Source: a marine group bacterium Sva0996 bin134 | GTDB lineage: Bacteria; Actinomycetota; Acidimicrobiia; Acidimicrobiales; Bin134 | Assembly: GCA_002239105.1 (NCBI GenBank) | Contig: MPNQ01000006.1 | Coordinates: 2,595 to 66,594 of the forward strand | Reading direction: 5' to 3' | DNA: 64,000 nt | In this document: positions 8,001 to 14,270 of the stretch, piece after piece | Numbering within the stretch: the first letter of the stretch is position 1 | Layout of the letters: each line of letters opens with the position of its first letter | The notes under the pieces: generated by a model | Told to the model about the DNA's origin: nothing | Databases searched by the model: none | What the model saw: the letters and a program-made list of their open reading frames with translations, nothing else | Made by a program: the position numbers and the translations under genes

Positions 8001-9498
8001 GGCGCTATCGGAAACCGATTTGGAATCGCTAGAACAGGCACAGGACCTTCTTCGTCCGGCTGCGCCTGCTGTCTCCTATGGCCAACTGTTCTCATCGGGC
8101 CTGCTGCAAATCGATGGTGTCGAGGCGGCAAATGGGTACGAGGAGTTCCAAGCGACGTTACGGCCAAAGCAGGCGGAAGCAATAGGGGCAGTCTTTGCCG
8201 GCGGCGGTCTCGAGGCGGTGTTCGAATTCGCCGGTTCGGTGGACGAGCCTCGCCGAGTTGGCTCGGCCCTAGCCAGATACAACTCGGCCCTTGACAAGAA
8301 CATTCTCAGGGCCATGGAAGCCGCATCCGGGGCGGTCACGGAAGTCGCCTTGGGCTATTTCGACCACCGGTTCGCCGAACTGCGATGGGAAGGACTGGAC
8401 GGGCTTATCTCAGAGAACCATGTGTCGCCGAGGGTCGCCGCTGACGTGCTGCGGGCACCGCCGCCGGTGGAGTTGCCCTGGACTCGGGTAGACGCTTGGG
8501 GTGAAGAGGTTGCGACCGAGTACTGGAGTCGGGTGGGCTACTACGACCTCGGGATTCCACAGGAGTTGAGCCAACTGCTCGAGGTGTGTCGTCGACTGCG
8601 GAAGGCGGGACGCCTCGAATTGGCGGGGAACCTGCTCTCGATCCGCTCGACCACCCATGAGTCTCATTCGGACTTCGCCGACGAGGCTGCGGAGTGGCTT
8701 GAGCAGCGGATCAAGCGACCTGATACCGAGACCGAATATAACGACATGACCTACTGGCGATTGGTCTCCCTATTCAAGGTGCTGGACAAGCACCGGGACC
8801 ACCTCGGCACCAGTCGAGTCGCCATCCTTGAGTGGCACTACCACCCGCTCCTGCACCACGACCCAGATTTCAGTGCCCCAAACCTGTATCGGGAGCTGGC
8901 TTCTGACCCCGAACTCTTCGCCCAGTTTGTTGAGTGGGCTTTCAAACCAGCCACCGCTACGCCGGATGAGCGACCTCCGTTGACCGAAGCCCAACAACAG
9001 ATGGCGCTCAGCGCTTACCAACTATTGCGTAGCTGGCCTGCCTCGCAGTTCGTACCCGCACTCGACGACGGCGGCGCGCTGGACGCTGCTTCGCTCCAAG
9101 CTTGGATTGACAGCGCTCGTTCACGTTTGGCCGCAAGTGACCGATCTACCATTGGCGACGAGATGATCGGTGCCGCCCTCGCCGCGTCCCCCAAGGACCC
9201 GGACGGCGAGTGGCCTGGCCTTGCTGTCCGCAACCTACTGGAACGACTGCAATGCGACAGCCTTGAGGGAGGATTCCTAATGGCCGTTCGAAACCAACGC
9301 GGCGTCACGTCCCGCTCCTTGACGGCCGGCGGTGAGCAAGAGCGGCATCTCACCGAGAGCTACAAGGAACAGAGCCGCCGATTCCAGGAATGGCCCCGCA
9401 CAGCGGCCATCTTTAGCAAGCTCGCCCGCAGCTACGAACACGAGGCCCGTCTTCACGACCGCGAAGCCGAGACCGTCCGCCGAGGCCTACCGACATAG
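5086..9498 (+). CDS. Giant (1470 aa) defense-island protein: N-terminal helical extension, variant Mrr/PD-(D/E)xK-like module, long helical-repeat C-terminal region, no P-loop
   Basis: One uninterrupted ORF with protein-like composition throughout. Residues ~200-340 (LPRLVRSLIAET...SSGWDGIVRC...GQSVWELSTKQ...YVAVVSAPW...VEALNVDSLEDWLE) align by eye with the N-terminal nuclease module of the 1384-aa STAND protein (FEELACTLIEE...GDPDGGREG...CAWQAKY...YLVVLPIDL...VEFALIGKHELVKAL). There is no GxxxxGK[ST] anywhere. Confidence 0.75.
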   Translation: MTATTTPNPPVEPTQEIVNSALLRIEEATDYYAFEQAWIDGLRRLSASSAGDMRVLLLAEAGRRLNVFDEVADDVARRSWLRQVVEEVRLRGDAVQGGELAAVAAKELREAFARARPEIADLRAAVTGGENLQEFAIRCPLAADRVRDLGRIAEGLSSSGLLALGPAEDHGMARDLANALTPPVPLIPSVPESLRVTRDELLVWAKAGGSDQVLPRLVRSLIAETEPSAEWLDMPAGTAVTSSGWDGIVRCSRGNRYVPAGQSVWELSTKQNGSHEKAGRDYAKRVTTSPREERTDLAYVAVVSAPWTKAREFKQYRTAKGDFRQVEALNVDSLEDWLECAPATTVWLREQMGAPVAGIGLLSPWWSKWLESTRTPLDEGFVLAGREQAAGNLRDRCRQGRGVVTVGGRIQRDEILAFVAAALVAGDTSEASFGDVLYVTTHDTARRLFAVDALSGNQGRSRLTPALTVVVPSAEFAEHLPAGSPHRMIVPVPGSTQAEIVLDAVDSGLVAQRLQDNRVELHAAHKLGGMARMSLMALRRHLSVDPALHTPEWAKGQASKMLRRSLLLGGWNESHEGDRKTVEGFTGLPSDAVAEALRQFDAGDAPMTTTGELVHTVSPADTWLLLHDQLSASDVAEFAEVAHEVLTDADPLWELDREEVLRAQIEGIQARYSSQLKQGVATTLALAGSKPSASGGATSSSSGMAEGITRRLLRSAMDDESPRTWVAVSDTLPLLAEASPEAVLEALRTCLAESHAFAQAMFTDGDSDWFGHTASSPHFRILNALEVLAWSPEHLLATADVLSRLAQIDPGGRYSNRPDESLASIMCPWLPNTSADFEVRLATVRMLRQSHSNVAWALMLSMLPERHGVQHPSEMPRFRDWRPGQPAVTQREYAETTIAVAEMLIEDVGVDSERWTALVRHIADLPGEARRKAIAGISRIAATGADETFKSRMWPLLRDLVARHRRNSETNWALSETDLESLEQAQDLLRPAAPAVSYGQLFSSGLLQIDGVEAANGYEEFQATLRPKQAEAIGAVFAGGGLEAVFEFAGSVDEPRRVGSALARYNSALDKNILRAMEAASGAVTEVALGYFDHRFAELRWEGLDGLISENHVSPRVAADVLRAPPPVELPWTRVDAWGEEVATEYWSRVGYYDLGIPQELSQLLEVCRRLRKAGRLELAGNLLSIRSTTHESHSDFADEAAEWLEQRIKRPDTETEYNDMTYWRLVSLFKVLDKHRDHLGTSRVAILEWHYHPLLHHDPDFSAPNLYRELASDPELFAQFVEWAFKPATATPDERPPLTEAQQQMALSAYQLLRSWPASQFVPALDDGGALDAASLQAWIDSARSRLAASDRSTIGDEMIGAALAASPKDPDGEWPGLAVRNLLERLQCDSLEGGFLMAVRNQRGVTSRSLTAGGEQERHLTESYKEQSRRFQEWPRTAAIFSKLARSYEHEARLHDREAETVRRGLPT

Positions 9499-9683
9499 CT
9501 CCACCGCACAGTCAGCAAGCACCTAGATGGATTCCTCGGCGGCACCCGACACTCCCACGAAACTACTCCGCTCCACAGTCCCCGCCCTCAATTTCCGGCT
9601 CTCCACAAAAAGCGGGGAAGCTCACTCGGTTGGTACCCAACCTCGGCAAGTCAGCAATGGGGGCGTTTGCTCGTACAGGAGCC

Positions 9684-10967
9684 TCACATGAACATTCGAT
9701 AGGGATAGGCGCTTCGCGGGAGATCCGGCACATTTGCGATGATCCGGGCTAGGCGCTGTGAATAGCGAATCGTAACTGGGACTGGGTCGTACAACGCGTC
9801 GTTGTTCCAGTCCATCTTTGTGAGAGCTAGGAGTTCGGATGCGATGACTTCAAGGGGCCCGCGACCCATCTGCCTGGTAAGGACCAAGGGAGATGGGATA
9901 CTCTTCCCACCCTGAAAGAAGCTGCTCCCTCGTTGTGCTACCGAGGGAGCATTCCCAGCCACCCAAAGCAGTGCTGAAGTTCCCGAGAGGGGGACCATCG
10001 TCCCACGGTGCACGGGATACCCATCGGGCTGGCTCTTGCTCCCTTGTTTCTGCGGTGCCTGAAGCCAGACTCCCCGCCACTTCACGTCCGTGGTCACCTT
10101 CACACACTCAACTTCTTCCACGGCGACCAGTGCATCGGACACGCCGGCAAGCTCTTCCTCCTTGAAGTCCGTAGTCTTGTGTACAGCCACTCGCTTCGGT
10201 ACCTGGCCACCGTTGCGGCGCCTGTACATATCCAGGCTCCTTGCCAGAACAGCCCGCATGTCCGATCGGCTGAGGTATGGATTACGCCGAGCGTCCTCAG
10301 AATTGTCGAGGGGGTCTCGAGCGTCGTATGCCACGAACTGCATACCGCCGCCGTCCGCATCGAACAACTGGGAGCAACAGGTTACGAACCTGGCCTCCTT
10401 CGGGTTGCCCCGGAGAGCATAGGCAAGCCCTATGTAGGCGCTTTCCGAGGGAACCCCTGGAAGCGGAGCTAGTCGCCACGGCGTCCCGCCAGCTTTGACA
10501 TAGAGAGCGATGGCTAACCGCCACGAGAGTGATGCCACATATGGAAAATCAAATGTGCGGTCGTTGATGACCTGCGTAGGCATTGACAGCTCTGCGCCAA
10601 TCGCCTTTAGCTCGTCGTGGGCGTCGAAGCCCTCACCATGGAGTCCAGGTTCCCAACCATCGGGCAAGTGGACAACTGCAACATCGAACTGGTCCCTAAC
10701 ATCTGCCAGTCGCCGGAGATTCTGTGATATTGCTCGGCGGACTAACTCATGGGGAGGTCCATCCCCGAGTTCATCTAGCTGAGATGGCCAGTCCAGCCGT
10801 GTGCATTCGGGGGCTGGAACAAGGGGTACGCCAAAGAGCGGCTCAAACCCAGGATACTCGAGGACGTAGTCGCGGCGATCCGAGGGCCGTTGTGTCTGCC
10901 TCAGGTTGCCGAGGACCTTTCTGCGTCCCTCGCTGCCCGAATCTGGGCCTACGATGGCGACTCGCAC
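9684..10967 (-). CDS. Short prokaryotic Argonaute (MID + PIWI only), predicted catalytically inactive
   Basis: 427 aa. MID 5'-end pocket pattern is H..K/Q/K (FDAHDELKAIG, MPTQVIN, LYVKAGGTPWRL). PIWI core is AYIGLAYAL...RVAVHKTTDF, where active Agos carry GxDV and RDG. The Ago-like C-terminal tail is YPYRMFM. GTG start, with a stop just upstream, so it cannot be longer. Confidence 0.85.
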   Translation of the reverse strand: MRVAIVGPDSGSEGRRKVLGNLRQTQRPSDRRDYVLEYPGFEPLFGVPLVPAPECTRLDWPSQLDELGDGPPHELVRRAISQNLRRLADVRDQFDVAVVHLPDGWEPGLHGEGFDAHDELKAIGAELSMPTQVINDRTFDFPYVASLSWRLAIALYVKAGGTPWRLAPLPGVPSESAYIGLAYALRGNPKEARFVTCCSQLFDADGGGMQFVAYDARDPLDNSEDARRNPYLSRSDMRAVLARSLDMYRRRNGGQVPKRVAVHKTTDFKEEELAGVSDALVAVEEVECVKVTTDVKWRGVWLQAPQKQGSKSQPDGYPVHRGTMVPLSGTSALLWVAGNAPSVAQRGSSFFQGGKSIPSPLVLTRQMGRGPLEVIASELLALTKMDWNNDALYDPVPVTIRYSQRLARIIANVPDLPRSAYPYRMFM

Positions 10968-11412
10968 CGAGTCGGACCAATCAGCCAGGCAAGCTGACCG
11001 GTCCTCTGGCCGAACGTACGCGCGAAAGCGTCGGATGAGATGTGGTCAACCACGAGCCTGGTCCTGAGCGATTGTGGCCTCCTGATCCCCACCGAGTTGC
11101 AGGAGGCCTTCCAACGGCTTGCAAACACCCCTTGAGGAATCGTTCTTGTTCTCCAAGACTCGGTTCAGGTGGTTCATCGGCTGGGCCTGCTTGTAATTAC
11201 GCTTGCGTACTTTGGGACGCTCACTATACCTGCAAAAACTTCAAAGCGCCAGAGCAGTTTGTTGCAACGGATTTCTCCTGCTTGACGGCCCTGCCACAAG
11301 CCCTACCCACATCATCTAGGCCGCATCACGACCCTTCTGGAAGCCAGAGATTCTCAATGCCCCCCACAACCGAAGGTGTGATGCAATCGGCTAACTCTGT
11401 GGAAGTCAATGC

Positions 11413-12072
11413 CTAGTTGGCATCCTCCGTAGGACTTTCAACTGCTTCCAGGAATCGATACATGCCGGACGAGGGGTTGTTGTTCGGGAATTTGGTGTCA
11501 TTGCCCTCATGCCTCTCGGCCAGGAAGCGAGCACGTCGTGCCGCTTCATGGCGGATGTGCATGTACATGGCGCCTTCGAGTCCCTTGCCCTTGGTGCCAT
11601 CGTGTTTTGCTAGCTGACGTTTCGCTGCGTTCGTGGAGAGTGCAGCTGCCTGGTCTTGGAAATGCAACAATTGCCACAGTTCGAAGCAAGGATTCGAAAC
11701 CGCGACTGGGATGCCTAGGTTGTTGGCAAGATCCATGGCCTCGTTCAGCCTGGGGTGTCTTTTCGGCTGCTCGACATCGAAGATGCACCAGACCTCGTCG
11801 ATCTCGCTCCTCTGGTCCTTGGCGTCCCTATGGGCAACGGCGGCCTTTCTCACCAGCGCCAAGGGGTCAAACCCAGCGGCGGTCTCGTCTATCTCGATGG
11901 CGACCGAGGCAATGTCGCGCACCTCGGGCTGTCGCTTCAGTGCTTTGAGGTAGTCGACCTCCGTCCTCTTGCCTTCACAAAACGCAAGGACAGTGCGCCT
12001 GGGAGAGCGGGTGGCAGTCTTGCGGCGTAGCGACTTGTCCTTGCCTTTCCTACCTCGTGTTGATCGAGCCAT
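11413..12072 (-). CDS. rloB: RloB-like (TOPRIM-like) protein
   Basis: VLAFCEGKRTEVDYLKAL and DEVWCIFDVEQ...GIPVAVSNPCFELWQLLHF match the RloB family signature. The ATG shares one nucleotide with the upstream ATPase stop (TGATG). Confidence 0.85.
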   Translation of the reverse strand: MARSTRGRKGKDKSLRRKTATRSPRRTVLAFCEGKRTEVDYLKALKRQPEVRDIASVAIEIDETAAGFDPLALVRKAAVAHRDAKDQRSEIDEVWCIFDVEQPKRHPRLNEAMDLANNLGIPVAVSNPCFELWQLLHFQDQAAALSTNAAKRQLAKHDGTKGKGLEGAMYMHIRHEAARRARFLAERHEGNDTKFPNNNPSSGMYRFLEAVESPTEDAN

Positions 12073-13340
12073 CAGGTCGATTGCTCGGAAAGGCCGAGAG
12101 CTCGACGCACGTCGATGTGATCGATTTCGGGAACTGCACCAAACCGTCCCTGCAAGTAGGCCCGCTCAAGATTCAGCGACTGCCTCACCTTGTCGCCGCC
12201 GAATTCTGCAAGGGCTATGAGGCGAGTTGCGCCGTCGGAACCCTTCTCGGTGAGCCAGACCTCATCGCGATTGAGCGTGCTGAGCAGGGACGTGTCGTGG
12301 GTGGCCAAGATGAGCTGGGCGCCGTGGGGGTTGGTCTGCGGGTCTTGGAACAGTTCGACGAGACGGGCCGACAATCGAGGGTGCAGGCTCGCATCGGCCT
12401 CATCGAACAAGAGAACCTGTCCCTGCTTCAGTGCTTCAAGCGCTGGCCCCAAGAGGCTGAACAGCATTTGAGTGCCTGCCGATTCCTCGTTCGGCCAGAA
12501 CTTGATGGGCTTTTCTCCATCGTGATGCACAAAGACCAGCTGTTCATGGGTGTCACCGGTGGTTCGATCTTCCAATTCGATGATGTCGAAGTCTGTGATC
12601 CCCGGATCAGCAAGACGCAGCAACTCCATAGCCGCCTCACCACGGGTAACGGAACCGAAGACCTGTTGTTCGCGTATGCCCGCGTCTTCAAATTGTGAGT
12701 AAGTGTCCGGAGCAAGGAAGGAAATCCAGATAGGCAGTCGACCCCGTCTCCGATTGAATCCGTGGGCATTGATTTCGGCAATCCGAGAGAGCTTGCGGCT
12801 CGCGGCCTCGATTGCAGGATCGCCTACACGTTTGCCTGCGGAGAGGACCAGCGTCGTTGGGGTAAGAAGCTCCTTGGTCCCCCTAGTGCCGCTCAGTCCG
12901 CGGCGGAAGTGGACCGCCTCGCCTTCCCTCTCGAAGAGCATCCGTCGTCTCCGCTCGGGGTAGCTGCACAAACTTTCGTACAGCACGGCAGAGTCATCGA
13001 CTTCAAGCTGGTAACCATGGCGAACGCCGTCGACAATGAAATCCATGTCGAACGTCGAGGGCTGATCCGGCCCCTTGCCAAAGCGGTGAAGATCTCGAGC
13101 AATGGAGTCCCCTCCTCCTCGTAGGGAGGTAGCCACGGCATACGACATCCAATGGAGAGCATCCAGAACGTTGGACTTGCCTGAGGCATTAGGGCCGTAG
13201 ATGCCGGCGGTCGTCAGGACGCGCTCTGATAAGCGGTCAAAGCCGCGCGTGGCGGCGCGGTCTTCGTCCACGGCAATCATCGACAACTCCACAGGATCGA
13301 GGATCGAGCGGTGATTGGAAACCTGGAATCGCAGCAGCAT
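12072..13340 (-). CDS. AAA_21/ABC-type ATPase, RloA-like partner of RloB
   Basis: Walker A is GIYGPNASGKSNVLDAL, Walker B is VLLFDEADASLHP, and the H-loop is LILATHDTSLL. I prefer the ATG at 13340 (MLLRFQVSNHRSI), preceded by GGGAGGG, over the track's TTG at 13370. Confidence 0.85.
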   Translation of the reverse strand: MLLRFQVSNHRSILDPVELSMIAVDEDRAATRGFDRLSERVLTTAGIYGPNASGKSNVLDALHWMSYAVATSLRGGGDSIARDLHRFGKGPDQPSTFDMDFIVDGVRHGYQLEVDDSAVLYESLCSYPERRRRMLFEREGEAVHFRRGLSGTRGTKELLTPTTLVLSAGKRVGDPAIEAASRKLSRIAEINAHGFNRRRGRLPIWISFLAPDTYSQFEDAGIREQQVFGSVTRGEAAMELLRLADPGITDFDIIELEDRTTGDTHEQLVFVHHDGEKPIKFWPNEESAGTQMLFSLLGPALEALKQGQVLLFDEADASLHPRLSARLVELFQDPQTNPHGAQLILATHDTSLLSTLNRDEVWLTEKGSDGATRLIALAEFGGDKVRQSLNLERAYLQGRFGAVPEIDHIDVRRALGLSEQST

Positions 13341-13429
13341 GGCAGAGCCCTCCCAGCCATACGATAGCAATCTTGTTTCTAATTTCGTCAGATTTATACG
13401 AAATCACCGTGCAGAATGCTGTTTGTTGC

Positions 13430-13678
13430 TCAGAAAGGACCTTGGGAGAGGGTAGCGACGTTGAGCACCAGACCGGTTTGGGCAAAGTGGAAGTAGAAGT
13501 CACGGAAGAGGCCGATGAGGTAACGGACGGTGGGGACCCCATAAGTGGCGAGGTTGTCGAGCCCCCCGGCAAATGGCCTTGCCATTTGGATCGGAAGACG
13601 TCGATGCTGCAGCACGAAATGTCGGGTGCCCTCAGGAGAGGCCTCCATCCGGACACTTCCAATCGCTCTTGCGGGCAA
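13430..13678 (-). pseudogene. Decayed remnant of a DUF3883-type helicase C-terminus (ghost of the 19195-22731 gene's 3' end)
   Basis: The track ORF ends ...GVPTVRYLIGLFRDFYFHFAQTGLVLNVATL. The helicase ends ...EPPTVRYLLDPFRDVTLHFAQPGVPLTVAAL. DNA 13451-13536 vs 19225-19310 shares about 60 of 86 ungapped identities in my hand alignment. The catalytic ExK position reads LQH, and nothing helicase-like lies upstream. Confidence 0.7.
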
Positions 13679-13687
13679 ATTACATGC

Positions 13688-14152
13688 ATGATAGAAGGAG
13701 AGGTCCCATCAGCGGATCAGCTAGCGCCAGGAACTGATTGGACAAATATGCCGCAGACAAAGGACCACGAGAACGTCCACGAAGGCCAGCCGCGTGACTC
13801 CAAGGGCCGCTACGCCTCCTGGGGACTCGCTGGAGATGGGATCAACGAGTCCGCAAAGGTGCTCGAGCACAAACTCGTTAGCGGCTCCACAGCCGAAATC
13901 GTGGCCGCCTCCCAACATCTCATAGCCGCTGTCAACCGCGTGCCAACCCTCACCCCACTCGAAGCCGAACAGATCTCCTCGGTGGCCAAGACCTTCGGAG
14001 CCGGAGCAATCCCAACCGACATCTGGCTTGAACTCGACCGGGCATGCCGCAACGCATCCTCGTCCGCCAGAGACCATCGCGCCACCATCGACAAGAAGCG
14101 CCTAACCGCCCGAGCCCAGCGAGACAGGGCCGAAATCAATAGGCATCAGTAA
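13688..14152 (+). CDS. Hypothetical protein (154 aa from ATG 13688, or 134 aa from ATG 13748)
   Basis: ORF upstream of and co-oriented with the STAND gene. The 5' part of the track ORF (13373-13687) is antisense to the helicase ghost and unlikely to be coding. No recognisable domain. Confidence 0.4.
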   Translation: MIEGEVPSADQLAPGTDWTNMPQTKDHENVHEGQPRDSKGRYASWGLAGDGINESAKVLEHKLVSGSTAEIVAASQHLIAAVNRVPTLTPLEAEQISSVAKTFGAGAIPTDIWLELDRACRNASSSARDHRATIDKKRLTARAQRDRAEINRHQ

Positions 14153-14270
14153 ACGCCATGCCCCAATCCCTGCGAGAACTCCCCTCTGGCACCAAAAGGA
14201 GCGGCGACTGGTACGCGATCACCAGCTGCTGCGTGAACTTCGACTGGCTGGTGGCACTCAATCGTCGGGT

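Noticed and set aside
9614-9628. GGTTGG-TAC-CCAACC hairpin between the convergent 1470-aa gene and the pAgo
   Set aside because: A 6-bp stem with a 3-nt loop and no U-tract is too weak to call a terminator.
11046-11177. 43-codon minus-strand ORF (MNHLNRVLENKNDSSRGVCKPLEGLLQLGGDQEATIAQDQARG) between RloB and the pAgo
   Set aside because: It is too short and has no recognisable fold or clear RBS, so it is not called as a gene. It is kept only as something to test in the pAgo finding.
11042-11416. 124-aa plus-strand ORF in the spacer upstream of the pAgo
   Set aside because: Its composition is not protein-like (Cys/Pro/Ser-rich) and there is no RBS. The spacer more plausibly holds the pAgo promoter. 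It is also far too short to encode an APAZ-effector protein.
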